From Pavona decussata (Eukaryota), in NCBI GenBank assembly GCA_977016875.1, contig CDRNST010000226.1, positions 682,001 through 746,000 on the forward strand: a DNA stretch of 64,000 bases, in the 5' to 3' direction. The translations under genes and the position numbers were made by a program. Numbering within the stretch: position 1 is the stretch's first letter; each line of letters starts with the position of its first letter. Positions 12,001 through 27,000 of this stretch are shown here, piece by piece. The notes beneath the pieces were generated by a model. It worked only from the letters and a program-made list of their open reading frames with translations. It was not told where the DNA came from and made no database searches.

Positions 12001-15000
12001 GGGAAAAGCCTTTGCTTGTCTTTAGAGTATAAGAAGGTGATAGAGATTAGAGAAAAACGAGTACAATGTTTTGTTTTATGCATGTGAAAGAAGCGCCATT
12101 TCTGTTGAAGTTGGTTTAGTGAAAGGGTGAATGGTTAAACCTCTCACCATCAGAGTCCAGAAAACTTGGAGAAAAAACTATTGAAAAAAGCATGAAAGCA
12201 AAACAAACCCACCCCCTATGAAAGGATGAGGGTGGAATATTCTCATCACTAAAACCACCCCTGCTCTCTTGTGCCAACCCTGCCAAAGCATGAATAAAAA
12301 TTGCACATTTGAATTAAGTATTTGGTAAACTCCTGTTCTTTCCTTGCATTTATTTGTTTTTTGTTTCCTTCTTTTAGGGTTGGACAACCTGCAGAAACAA
12401 TTCTTCAACAGGTAAAAGACTTGATCAATTGATTCAAACGGCTGCATCTGTCCACATGAAATTTAGAGCCCATAAAAGAGATCTAGTTACTCTTGAAAGT
12501 GGCGGCTTGGGGCATTTAACTGTTTATTAATTTTTATTGTTTGCTTGTTATTGATTTCAGAACCAACCTCATCATTTGATGGAACTGTTGGAAGTGGTGT
12601 TTGACTTGTTTAGAGGTGTTGCCCATGCACACGAGACAGTCCTCTCTGCAATTCACAGGGTCATTGTAAGTAGCAGATTCAATGTTGTTTTAAGTGTCTG
12701 ATTAAAGAGAGCTTTGATGAAGTACATTTAAGTGACCCCCCATCTTAATTACCTTTAAAGCTACAATCCTGGCCAATTGAGTTGGGAACTCTTTTTTGCA
12801 CTGATCATTTTGTCCTTGTACACATTGTGTTAAGAAGGTCACAAAATGCTTTTATTTTGGAGCCTCTGCAATGTTGAGACAGATTGCTTTTGCTCTCATT
12901 TCAATTAAACAGCAACACTTTTTTATTTCAATTGCAGAAATCATCAGATACCCAAATTGATTTAGAAGATACAGATATCTACACAATTGATGTTGTTTGG
13001 TCAGAGATCCAGTTTGCGGTAAGTCGAGGATATTCTAAGTACCTCTCTAGACTGCGAGCAGTCTCTCTTTTGCTCAAAAATCTATGGGGTAGAATACAAA
13101 AAAACAAGCAAGCATGATACACTGTATTCAAGGCATGAGTCGCGTGCTCAGTTTTTTTGTGTTCTTCCCCACAGATTTTCCAGCAAAAAAGAGACTGCTC
13201 GCAGTCTATTACTACCTCTCTAGATCAATGTTTTGCTTGTAGCTGTCTATAACAAAACTCTTGAATCTGACTGACTATCAGCTGCCCCAATTTGAGCATT
13301 ACAGTGTAATGAACTCAACCGGGGCCACCCAACATTGATCAGCCAATCACAAGTCACGTTTACAACACAGGAGTCTGGCTTTGGTGGTTTGTAAACCAAT
13401 CAAAAACAAGAACATTTCTTTAAATCGGTGGCCCCAGTTGAGTTCATTGTACTGTAATAAGGTTGTCTAACTGGACAGTGTTTCACCAATAGTGTGTGCT
13501 ATTACCTTTGCTGTAATAGGACAGGTGCACTTCAACAACTAAAATTATTTGTTTTGAGTCAAAAATTGTCTTTTGCTTTCATTTTTGGAAAAAATGTTCT
13601 CCTATTTCTTTCTCAAATGTTGTTATACTATGAACAGGACTTTGTGTGCCAATTCAGTCTTTTATCACATTATTTTTTGTGACTTAATACTAAACAAATT
13701 AGTTTCCAGCTACCAGTCACTCAATTTTGTTAATCACTCGTTGTATGATTTCAGACCAAATTGGTTAAATATCAATATAATAATAAATAAATAAGATATT
13801 TTAACAGGGAGCCCACGTCACAAAATGTGGTTTTCAGTGAGGCCCTGCATAAATCTAACGTAAGAATACAAAAAAAATTACAAATATAGCTATCTAAAAA
13901 ATAAAAAGTAAAAAGGATAAGATCGATAAAAAAGTCTACATGTTTCTAATAAGACGTCTAAAAACTAAAAAATTGGAAATGTTCCTAATGCCGTCTGGGA
14001 GAGCGTTCCAGTCATCTACCGCATGACAAATAAAACGATGCTGTCCCCATGAGCGCTTTGATTGTGGTTTACAGATGTTATTACTAAAACGAGTGTTATA
14101 ATCATGGATGTCATTAAAATGATTAAAATTAAAATTCCAATCAATCAAACCATTCAAGGACTTAAAAACTAAATATCTGATGGCAACATTTATTTCAGAT
14201 TCAAGTGTTACTTGGCGATTACTTGGATGTTCAAAACACTGCTACACAGCAAGGCCCTGTCACTTTCAGTGAGTCCTCAAGGTAATTTCCTCCCGTTCTT
14301 GGTGAACCAAGTCTAGCGGCACTCTAAGATTGCATTGCAGATGCCTGCAAGTCTGTATCTATGTACTGTGATCACTCAAATTATGCTGTGCTCCTCTCTT
14401 ACCATTGGCTTACTTGTTAGTACATTCTCCTGCAGTTTCTCAGAACAGATTTAATCTTTACTTAAGGACAGTACTTCCAAATACATGAAATTTGTGAGCA
14501 GTTCTTAACTATATGGGAAAAGCAGATCTTAACAAGGGCTTTTGAAATTTGGGGTAACCGCTCATTTTTTGCACATAGTTAGCAACAATAATTTCTATAA
14601 ACGTTAAAATACATAAAAGTGTATGGCATTTTTTCCAAACTGAATTTTAAGTATCACTGAAAAATGTGTGGTTACCCCCAATAAGCCCTTGGTAAAATCT
14701 TCTTTTCCAGCGTTCTCATAAACCATGCAAAAACACCTTTGAATAGCTAAGCATCCTCCTTATGAAATTTTTTGTTTGTTTGTTTGTTTCAGTGATGTAG
14801 CAGAGTTCTTTGCACTCAGAAGAAGGGGGCCACTAAAATCCGATCAAAGGGTAAGTCGCCTGTCATTTAATTTGTCTTTCTTAGCACGGTACAAATAAAA
14901 GTGAAAAATTAAATATGCATCAGACAGTGAAATCAAAGTAAGATGTCACACTTTGTAAAAAACCCTTTTGCTTTTTCAAAAATGTTTGGATTCATAATTT

Positions 15001-18000
15001 TCAAGTGAAATACTTCAGACGATTTCTTGAAACATTTTGGAGGGTTTTTTTAAGTAGTACCTGCACAAAATTGTCTTATAAAATGCAACGTGTTCACAAT
15101 GTTCAATGTATTGAACAGAGTTCCATTTTAGACAGTCCATGCAGTTTGAACACAGGAAACTGCACAACGTACTTTGAGCAAAAACAGAACAAGAGACAGC
15201 ATCAGCTGAAGGTTTGGAACTTGTTGACTTCAAGGACCCAGTCATTCAGTTTAATGAAGACAATAACCCAGTATCTTCAAATTGCTGTCTTTGCAAATTC
15301 ATGAAGTAACAGTGTCAAACACATTCTAGGGCCTTGCTTGTCGAAAAATACTTAAAACTACAGTAATTTCCTTATTTACCTAAATAAAAGACGTTTGGGT
15401 GATAATATGTTCGGACTATGTGTTTGTTTGGATGGAAAAATGCTTGGACATCTTCTCCAAAACTTTTGTGGTTTTAGTAACTTGGGTGTACTGTAGCTGT
15501 ATTTAGAAATCACCAAGATCTGGCATCTCCATTTTGCAGTGGTCTTTAAAATCCTGAAATTTGCTACATCAGTTTCTCAATCAGTTGGAAAAATTAGTCA
15601 GCCAATAATGCTGACCAAGGGTGTATTACTTTTCAGAGTGCATTGTATCGCTTTGAAGGTTCCTCATCTGCAATTAGTATGAATGCATACATCAGAGAAA
15701 GACGCCAAGAGTGCATGGCTGGGACAGCGGTATGCAATTTTATGTTTCAGTACATGGAGTAGTAACTTGTCATAAAACACTGAGGGAACGCAAGATATGT
15801 TCTGTCAACATGTTTTGCAATTTTTGCAGCGTCAGCTTGCTGTTTTTCGACGCAAAATGTTTCAAAATAACACATAAAGCTCAGACTACATTTTGAAATT
15901 GTTTCAGTACAATTAGTTCACCTTGATTTAATTTTGTTTGCAAGCTTTGAGAATTATGTAGAGAATAGTTTGACCCATTCAATACGGAGTATCATGATAG
16001 TAGAAGACCATTTCAGAACTGTATGGTGGAACTTTTTAATTCTGAGTTGTGATATTAAGATTTATACTAAAGGAAAAGTCATTCGTTTGCATAGGGATTA
16101 TTTGCTGTAATGAAAAGTGTCAAAGTATATTATAAAAGTTGTAGTAAAATGAGGTTATCATCACAGCTTATTGCAAGTATAGTGTAGTCAGTGAAACATA
16201 TGAAAAATTTGCTTTTGATTGTCACTCTCAATTCCTTAGAATGAAGATGACGATGACACATATGGTGAACCACTTCACAACACCAAGCCGCAGTTGTTGT
16301 GTAAACCAAACCCCAGGAACATTACAGGTGTTCATTAACATTCCTGCGGGTCACTGTATAATTCTCACCCTACTGGAAGGTTTTGTGCCAACCCAATTAA
16401 GTTTATACATCTTGTGTTCCCATATGTGTTCCCACTTTACACTTGAAAAAATGAATTCATTTTTTGGTTCCGGACAGTAAAATACACTCAGGATACTCAT
16501 ACTTTGGTAAAAAGAATGTTATGTATGGAAGTGATTAAAGAGTTCTATACAAAACTGCAGAACAACCTCACAGTACTACTGTTTCAAACCATACAAAATC
16601 CCGTTGTAACATTCCTTCAATCACGGCGACTAAGTTTAGATACAAAGACAGCTTCGTTTTAAAGTGCTTTCTACATTTCAACCACTTTAAAATCTTCACT
16701 AAAAATAGCTTATATTCATCATTGAACATTAACGGTTTTAGACAAGACACGTGTGGTTGTTCTTCGTTCTTCAACTCCGTATGGGAGGTAGGGGTGTTTA
16801 AGACTATTCAAAGCACATTGATCTATCTTTCCCAAATGTACGTATAGGCGTGGATTACAGTTCCTCTCAATTTTTTGCTAACAAAGTGCAAAGGACTGGT
16901 AATCATTAGTAGACCATCTCCATGATGGTGTCATTTAACGTACAACTACCAGAATTCATCTCGTTTTCCTTTTCAAATTTTTGTAATCCCAGTGGATAGC
17001 AAAGAACAATATCTCTAATTAGCATGCAAAAACAAAAACGTTGAAGGATTCTGGTAGTTGTAGGCAAGTGTCACCGTAGTGAAAATGTCCTGTTGACACT
17101 AGAAATGTGTAAAAGTAACTGGGCGATTTTGCTGAACAAAACAACAAAGATGATTCAGTGTCAAATGTATTATTGAGATTTTTGCAACTGGTATCATAGA
17201 AAGTTGTAATCGTTTGTTTTTATGTCATACAGTTGTGTTCATCCCTCTGATGTCCTTTGTAAGTGAAATTGAAGCGGCCATCAAAATGCAAGGAGAGTAA
17301 GTGTGACCTTTTTATTTATACCTTAACGCAATTTAACACAAAGTTTAATGGCAGAGAGTTAACAAGAAATGTTCAGGAGTCAGTAGATGGGGTGACCCTC
17401 AATCCTATCAGGATGATGTCTTGGTATTGTATCATATCATTATCGGAAAGATGGCTACCTTACCAAGCTTTTTGACGGAGGACTTTCGTGTTGCAGTATA
17501 TGGAACACTGTTTAGCCAACCTTAACAGGAGGAGCTTAACTGGAATATGCCTCACAGTTCAATATTCTTCTTCACAGCTCTTTACAAACCTCAAGATAAG
17601 ATGACATTTTCAATTGGGTGGATATCAATCCAGCAGCCAAATTTTCTATCAGATTCCTGTTAGTGACTGGGTTGTGGTTTGTCTGCAAGAAAATATTTCT
17701 CGCACCTGAAAACTTGCTGAAAGCACCATTTCTAATAAAGGGAATCTTCCATACATGTTACTTTTTTTTAACTTATGTGTTAAACTGTTTCTTTGCAGTT
17801 AAGCTCCCTCCCTAAGCCTGTGCTTTCCTTTTCAGAATGAGATGCACCTTGTACGGTTTCATAACCGATTATGTGAAAGACATTTTTGTGGAAGAAATCC
17901 TGTTTGATATTCGCGAAAAACTGAGGGAAGTAACCCAAGGTAAGGTGTGATTCAGCTACCAGTGTCAACATTTGGGAACAAAGCGAGACATTACAAAGAA

Positions 18001-21000
18001 TTGGAAGCCTGGTTTTCACTAATGGCAGAGTTTTAAGCAGAAGCAGTAGGACAAAAGATGCTGATCCTTACCATCTCAATCCTGTTTCTTAATTTTGTAT
18101 GAATTATTTTTTCTAGTTCTGCTTTGATGGAGCTTGCATTTCTATCTGTTGAAGCATCTAGAGGCATAGCAATCCATTGCATGTTATTCTCAGCATACAA
18201 GCTGATCTACCTCTGCCAAAGCCGCTATTTTATAGTCTTGAGCGAAGCTTTAAGTGCAGTGGTGCTATGCTATGGAATAACCTTCCCGATTTGACTAAAA
18301 GAGCGAAATCTCTACGGGAGTTAAAGAAAAGTGTCTTTTCTATGTCATACTTATTATTACACCCCATTTGGAAATTAGCATGTGTTTTAGTGGTTAGCGT
18401 AAACAAATAAAGATCGTAATATGTTATGTTAAGTTTGTGTACACTGTACACTGTATACTGTATTGAGTTCAACTGACAAATCAGGAAGTTCCAAATCGAT
18501 ATTGACCTCACTGTAAATTTTTTTTTGTTTTCGTTATCACAAGATCGAGAGACATTCAGAAGAACTACTGATGCCAACATTCTGAAGGTTTTAGGAGCAA
18601 GCAGGCCCCTGTTGCAGGTATGTCGTATGTTACGTAAAATTGACGTCTTTGTATCTAACAGTAGTGTTTCCGGACTAATTGTTAACAAGACCTAAGGCTT
18701 ATGCATGTTTAAAGCTGTAAAGCACGCAACGTGGCTCTCAGCGCCTTTCCATCTTCCCCCTGTATTTAACTGACTGTAGTATGCCACCTGCTTCGTGTTG
18801 TTCCAAGTTGAAGGGTGTGCATAAGTCAGAAGTCACCGAGGCAATTTTGTTATTTACCAACTTACTACTTAGTTACTATCTCCTTTTAGAGCACAGCTAC
18901 AGTGGAACAGCTCATGCAGGATCTGAAGAATCTGATGCACAGCTTACCCAACTACTCACCTCAATTCCTGGAAATGGTGTGCAAGATGCTGACTATTTTC
19001 AAGGACAGTTGCTATGATGCTTACAAAGGTGTGTAAGCCCCTGTCAATACTACTCACCCCCCCCCCCCGAATCACATTTACTGCCCCCAGAATTCCTTCA
19101 CACTTCCCTTTGAGTACTCCAGACACCCCTGAATACTGTGCATTCCCCCTTAATACTATACGCTCCACCTTAACTACTAAACACTCCCGTGAATACTTTT
19201 TGTTCCCATGAAGTTCTGAATACTACTTACGCCCCGATGAATACTACTTAGCCCCCCACCTCCCGAATATAACTTTCATCCCCTGTTAGTGCTTTCTCCC
19301 CCTGATGGTGCCTACTCCCCTGCAGTCTATGAACTCTCCCTAAATACTACCTACTTCCCACTGAATACTACTTACCCCCTCCCCTCCCCCTGCCCTGCTA
19401 AAGCCCCCCTGATAATACTTTCTCCCCTGGATTCTATGCACTCCCTCTGAATACTACCTACTCCCTCTCAATTCTACCCTTCCCCATAACAGTACTACTC
19501 ACATTTTCTGAGTTTTACTAACTTCGCGCTGGATACAAATCACCCTACAAAGTACCTGGATACAATTCCTCTTAATCCGTCTTTCGTACTGTCACTTTCT
19601 CCCCATGTCTTGCAAATCTGAAATGCCAAACAAACTTCAAAACATTGAATTACTATGTCCTCTTGTATTGTCTGTCATAATTGAAATTAAACAAAACCTT
19701 TTTTTTGCTTGGATTCTCGTCGTCTGTCAAGTTAAAAGCAAATCTTTTTTGGACTGATTTCAGCACTGCTGTGGTACACTGGAGAAGCTGACAAATCAAC
19801 CCGTGTTTTCAGTGCTAATTGGGCCAAAGATGAGGACATTAGCCGCTGCCTTAGGTAATGCTACAAACTATATCTTGTAGTGAAATTCATTCAGTGGTAA
19901 TTATTTGTTACTCAATATGTCCTTTTGCTAAGATTTAGCTCTAACATGCAGAGTGAGTATATGGCACATTGGATTTATTGAAGGCCTACACCTTTTCTTT
20001 TCATCAACATAACTTCATGTTGCATGGTTAAATTGTGTATACACTTGTATTGTGTAAAGTGGCCAATCAAACATTGTATATATAACGTCTTTTAAGTGAT
20101 CACAATCCTGAAGCAGCCTCTTCTTTCTTGAAGTCCCAATTACATCAATTCTCTGTTGTTTCAATTCCTGGCAAGCATCCATCTTCTAACAGATACCACA
20201 GGTGTTCTCTAATTTATTCCCGACAAACAGTTCTCAATGCATCCTTTACGTCTTCTCTGCATTATTTTGCTTTATTTAACCCTTTCCCGACCAAGAGTGC
20301 CATATGGCACAAGACACAATTATGAGCTCAGTATTTGGTCAATTTGTGTGAAATTTGCACAACCAAAAGATCTTTGAAAGATCTATAAATTGAACGCATA
20401 AAATCATGCCCCCCTACTATATGAGACTTGATTTACCACCCCTCAAGCTTTTGGATTTTTTTTCCTTTGTACGTTAAGGGTCCAGTTGATATCTTACAAC
20501 AAGCAATGCACTGAGAGCTGTACATTAAGCTATAGTTTAGGGGGATACCCAGTATGTACAACGAATAAGAAAATTTTCAATGTTTTTCTTCTTTCGTTTT
20601 GGACTTTTCTCACTCTAATATGTGACCTCCTCCATCTCTGTTGGTGTGAGTTATAGCACACCCCAGAAAATACCTTTTAAATGGTATATCACATGTGGTC
20701 TCCCAGTTCATAGTTGGCGATTTAGAAAAATTCGCCATTTCCCTTGGACGGGAAAGGGTTAACCAAAATTAAACATGTTTTTTTGCAGATCGCTGCCCAA
20801 CTGGCCTGGCCTGCATCATCACCACACACATCGGCAAAGAAAAGTAAGTAATCAACAAAGATGTAATATAAGTTGGGAAACATAAAAGAGATTTTGGGTC
20901 AGCAAGTAATCAGGACTTCCAAGGAATGGACCCGTGGCCCGAAGTAACGAAATCTCCCACAGACTGAATTGTATATTTTGAGGTTGAACTGCAGGACAGA

Positions 21001-24000
21001 ACGTTTAACGAAACCTCTTGGTAAGACATCGTGTCATTTTCATTCTCTTTCAATGTTTATTGGAGGTTCTTTCTGCAGGAAGATGAAGAGCAAGATCTGG
21101 AAGCAGTACGAAGACGAAACCAGAAGGTAATATTGAAGTTTGTCAAGATTTGTACTTGGGTTTTGTCCTACTTGTTACTGTGCGGTGCCATGTAGTGATG
21201 CGTTCATCTGGAAATTTATGACTTCCTCTTTCTCCCAATGCCACGAATTGACGAACCCAAACCTAGTGGACTCCAGATAATTTTTTTTTTCAGCGTTTTT
21301 TTTTTATTATTCACTAAGCTTCTGGAATATTATAATTTCGATTTGCATGATACTGATTAAAGTTTTATTTTGACTTCACTAACACGAGACATTGATTCAG
21401 TGTGAATAGTTTATTTAGGGGTGAGTCATGCAAAGGTTCAAGAGCTAAGAATTGTGCCACGCCAGGTACGAAAAACGACTAAAAAAAACACCCTTTAAAG
21501 GAGGCAAAAAAAAAATGGGAACGTACTTCCATCTAATGCAGTGGCACCGGGATACAAAAAATATGTGGTTGACAAAATTACACTAGAAAACCTTTATCTA
21601 AAACAAAACTTCAGCGAAAAAATAGCAAACAAGACGACTGAATAACAAGAATCTCCCACCAAACACCTAAATAGTCCCGATGTATGCCATGACAAAACAC
21701 GACCCTTTACATCATGCCATCAGATTTCTCACTAATTCGTTCCCTTGTCACTCAGTCGTCATAAATCACATATACTGTGTAATTTCTTTATGTTTCCAGG
21801 AGACTGATATTCTGACCGATAACCTGGGTCAACACATTCTCAACGATTCAGAAGTGCTGTTTGAGACAAGGGACCTTCGAACACTGGCCAACCTTCAGGA
21901 GAGCATGGTTAGAAAGCGGCTACTGTCTCCTATAAAATTATCCCTAAAGCATTTTCCAAAACACTCTTTCAAAGTTACTTTCTGTTGGTGAGCATTGCAA
22001 AGGTCAACAAAACAAAGCCTTTTTTGACACTTCAACAGTAAATTTATTTACGTTTCTACATCAACCTCCACGATTGTGTTACCATTCCGATTGCTTTGAC
22101 AGAGTAAAGCTGGTTTGATATTGCAGTTAGAGTAAGTCATCAGTTCACACCTTTGCGTAAGTCACCTTGCGTCAAACAAGTGCCGTTACAATGGTCACAC
22201 AGGTGCTTTTTACAGACTTAGGCACCGTCCACACTAGTGCGTTTTCAAACGACTCCGTTTTCATGTCGGCGAAAACGTAACAAAATATTTTCATCCACAC
22301 TAGCGTTTTCGTATCGTTTTGAACTGTCTACACTAAAAAGCTCGAAAACGATGAAAACGACTTGGGCCTGGGATTGCTCGGATTTGGACTGGAACCGAAG
22401 TCGTGTGACGTTATTTACGTCACCGTTGTCAAAAGTCGTTTTCTTAAGTCTCAACTTTTGAAACCGTTTTCGAAAGTCTCCGTTCTCATCAGCGTTTTCA
22501 ATCGTTCTAGTGTGGACGAGAGGCGAAATCGTATCAAAAAGAATGCGTTTTCAAAACAAATCGCCTTCAGGTGAGCTATACTTTTTTTTCTGACAGGAAT
22601 GGTTGGCAGGTCACATACGAGGTTTTACCACAAGCCTGACAGCACAGACCACATCTATAAGCCTTGTCAATCCAGAGTCACAGGAGAGAATCAAAGCGGT
22701 GAGATGTGGAAGTAATGCACTGAGATGAACTGGGTGTAGTTCATTTGTGGGTCGGACGTATAATATTTTAAACTATTAAAACCATATTACTACAAATTCG
22801 TCTTACTGGCCACTTAAGAGTTATTTTATGGAGCATGGAGCAACACATTTAAGATTGCTGTTCCTCCATTGGAAGTAAAATTCGAAGCAAAACACGTTTC
22901 TCTTGATTGAATATTTTTTCTCACAACCAATTGTTAGACCTTAAGCTAGTGTCTTAATACTTCTTTCCTCTGGCTTACACGGACACATGAAGAAACACAC
23001 TCGTAATATGTACAATGATGACCGCTATTTACTAATGGCGGGGTAAGGTTACTGTATCTTGACAAGTGTTTTTATCTTCTTTCACTGACATACTTGATCT
23101 ACACAGCACATCACTTGATCACAAACTCGATCACATTAAGACACAAACACTTTGAACATCACCGCACGTATAAAGTGAGACTGGGTAATTTGTGCAACTC
23201 GCAACTCCACAACTCGCATTCTTCGTACACCCGTATAAATTAATATATAAATACAGTAGCTGACGTTTGTTTGTAAGCTTTCACTGTGGCTACCCACAGA
23301 AGAGTCATCTGAACAACTAACCAGGAAATTGTATACTAATGGCAGTCTACGGCTTCTTACAATTTAAACTGCCCGATTTGTTGCTCAGACGTAACTCAAT
23401 TTCAAGCTGCAAAACAGCGTCTGCAGCCTCAATTTACATAGTTTATTTATGGTAATGAATTATGATAATTTTTTAAAATTTATGATAACGTGGATCATAT
23501 ATGATAATATATTTTTATTTTAAATTTATAATAAGCTATCAAAAATGCAGTATAAATTTTCATCGTTTGTGATAAGTTTGTGGACACTTTTTGTACACCC
23601 ACAACTTACAGCAAGCAGATAAAGGTACAAGTTCCGTTGATTTGTAATAGGAAATTCTAAATTTGCGCGCACGTTTTGTAAACCCACATTTTTTGAAACT
23701 TCAAAAACAAAAAAAGACTTCATTGCACTAAAACGCTGATGCTGTTAACATCTTCAAGAAACTAATGCTTTGAAGGACTCCGTTAGCGAAAGGTTTTCGT
23801 TAAATAAATAAACCATTATTACGCGGGATGCCCTGAGGGGGCATACCGTGTCTAAAAACGGGACGATTTCTTTTTCTTCGTCGTAGCTTCAAATCGGTAC
23901 ATTAATTTATTCATTAAACTCACCCCTCTCCTACTCGGGGTGTATTGTTCTGATTGTCTTCAACAGAAGCAGGCCAATCAAAATCCATTCTTGTCGCTTA

Positions 24001-27000
24001 CATCGCGAGGGAGGGGACCCACTCACCCCTACCTGTGTGACGTCAACGCATCATTTGATCTATTTATTAAAAACGTATTAAATTTGCGGCCATAATGTTT
24101 ATAACATGTTCTGGACTCAAGTGTGCCGTTTTCAAACGGAAATTTCACCATTTTGAAGCGGCAAATCGAAAGAATAACTTCTAAGAAGCACTCGACATTT
24201 GAAACGGTAGAAATTGGTGAGTTCATGGCGAAGGAATCGTGCTTTGCTTGACAGTCCTTGACCACGACGCGAGACTAAAAAGAGGTCATTGAGAGGCTTA
24301 CGTTATCGTAATGGAATTCCACACATTTCCGGTGAAAGTCTGAGTCGCGTAACACAAGGAAAACAACGTAACGCGATCGTCGTGACTCAAACTATTCCAT
24401 TAGCAAGGATAGTTTTATCAATCGGCGAAGCGTACAGTTGGAAAAAATGAATCAGCCCCAGCATCACGCGTAATGCCAGTAAAGCAGGCATCTTGTTTTC
24501 CCTAAAATAACGTGATATTAAACTTGTAACAGAGAGAAGTGTACGCTGGCTATGGATATACCTACGTTCGCGGTAGAAACTGGGTAAGTAATTTGAACGC
24601 ATGCAAAATTATTTTGAAGAAGTGAAATAATTTTCCGTGATAGAGGAATAAGGCATAAGGCATCTTTTTGTTGGTTTTCCAAATGTTGCAGCCAATGAAC
24701 GAACTCACAATTGCTCGTGCAATTTGCCGGCACGTGAATATTATGACTTCTCTGTGATCTTTTTGTAACAGACCATTTAATTTCTGAGGGGGTTGGGGGA
24801 GGGGGGAAGGGTGGCTAAATACCAAAACCAATTCCTGCACGTGAAAGCTGCAAAACACAAATCGTGCACACCTACCCAAGGAAAAAAATTGGAGCAAGCT
24901 GTACTGTATATTCCCTGAAATCCCTGAAAGCAAATAAAAAAATAAAAAATAAAATAAATAATTAAAATGCTGAGTATGAAATTAAAAAGCAACTTCTTGT
25001 CCATCAAAATTGGCCAGTCCCCATCCCCCCTCCGCTCAAAAATAAATGGCACAATCGTCACTTGGACTTTATTACTTAATGACGGGAAAACCAACATAAA
25101 CACGTGAAAAAGTAAACGATATTTGTAACAGCAAGAAATGCTCACGTTGTATGGTAAATTTCTACATTTCCAAACTTCAAGAAAGACATATTAAGATCTA
25201 GTAAAATTTCTCTTAGCGACCAATATCAATTAATTCGCTGTTTTGAAGGATTTCCAATGAAGCGTTGCAGATTTTTTAACGCTTAAGAATCTGGAGTTAT
25301 TTTTTCTGCATAACTTAATCGATTGATGAACCCCTTACACTGTGACTACGCCAATACATCATGACCATCATCATCATCCTCTTCATTATCATCATCACGA
25401 CCATTTCATTTTGCACTATATGTGATATGTATAAAGAGCGCATAATGCCGTCCTTTCCAGAGTATCCGCTCCTCAGGAATCTTTTCCATTTCACTCCTTG
25501 CGAAGGACATACAAAGTGGTGAAACAATTCATGAACAACAAATGACTTTCGTGGATATTGTCTGGTTTGTTTTGTATTTTTAGCTAAACCAAATCATCAC
25601 ATCACAAGATACTCATCGCGTCAAATGAGAACGAGTATCATTCTATCTTGTAAAGATTTAAATACTTTTATTGTTTTTTACTATTCATTTTACAGCAAGA
25701 AATTCCTCCAGTCTCTGAAGAAATCCTCCAGTGAGTAGTAGTTTACGAATGGCTGTCCAAAACAGTTATTCATTCCTTGCTTTTATGTTTGGTAATCTCT
25801 GTGACTACAGTCAACTCTCTTTATTGCGGACACCCTCGGGACTGCGAGTTAGTGTCCTTAATAGCGAGAGTCCGTAATAGTGGAAATTTATTTCAATCAA
25901 ACGCCTGTACTCTATTTTTGCTTTGGATTTAGCTGCTGTCCGCATTATCGGGTGTTCGCAGTAGCAAGGTGTCTGCAAGTAGAGAGTTGACTGTAACTGG
26001 CAACCAGAACAGTCCGGAGCTGTTCCAAAAATAGCTGTGACTTGATTTATGTACATTTTCCCGCCTCTGACACCAGTGACGTTTTCCCGCGCTTGGCACC
26101 GGTCAGTTCAAGTTTTCCCGCGCTTGACACTGGTTTCAAGTTTTCCCGCGCTTGACACTAGTTTGAAGTTTTCCCCCGCTTGGCACCGGTTTCAAGTTTT
26201 CCAGCGCTTGACACTGGTTTCAAGTTTTCCCGCGCTTGACACTGGTTTCAAGTTTTCCCGCGCTTGGCACCGGTTTCAAGTTTTCCCGCGCTTGATACTG
26301 GTTTCAAGTTTTCCCGCGCTTGGCACCGGTTGAGTGTTTCTGCTTTGCATTATTTTCGGTTGCTGTGATTTGCCAAATGACGATAGTCATGTGAAAAACG
26401 ATTCAAAAAGAAAATAGCGATATCAGGGGCCCATTACCCTGAGCGTAAAACTGCTAAATGTTCGTGTCACGGCGTTTTCACCGACCTATTTAATTTTAGA
26501 TTGAAGTACCCACAAATCCAGTCTCATGCTTTGAGAATTGAACTGGAATTTAAATTTTCGCGGGAGATAGTATTCCCGTGCATATCTAAAAATAGACTGA
26601 TCTGTGAAAACGCCGTAGTATAGGCCTAGTATGGCAGTTGTACGCTTCGAGTAATGGGCTCCTGGCGATATACAACAATTAACTAAATACTTGATGGTTT
26701 GAGCCAGGAACGCTCGTAATGAGGTTTCACGTGTGGAGTCGTTCCAAATGCAACTGACACAATCTTGAAATAATTTCTCTTATTTTCAAACCCTCAGATC
26801 CCTGAAGACGCTGGCAGAGGACTTTCAGAACATCTCTGAATCTTGCTTGCTTGTGCTTCACCTGGAGATCAGATGTCACTGCTTTTACTATCTGATGAGG
26901 GCTGTACAGGAGGTAAGCATTATTATCTTCCCTTTTAACCTTAGGTTATTTTTCACTCGTTCAGTTCTAAGAATCCAAAAATAGAAATTTAATGAATAGA

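Noticed and set aside
17403-17430. SYQDDVLV resembling a reverse-transcriptase YxDD motif
   Set aside because: There are no convincing flanking RT motifs and a stop lies nearby, so it could be chance.
23350-25300. Possible 2-kb transposon in the long EXOC4 intron
   Set aside because: It looks repeat-like, but I could not define TIRs, a TSD or a transposase remnant.
26049-26333. 94-aa ORF ([12 protein letters not shown] repeats)
   Set aside because: It is a translation of the 28-bp minisatellite within an intron.
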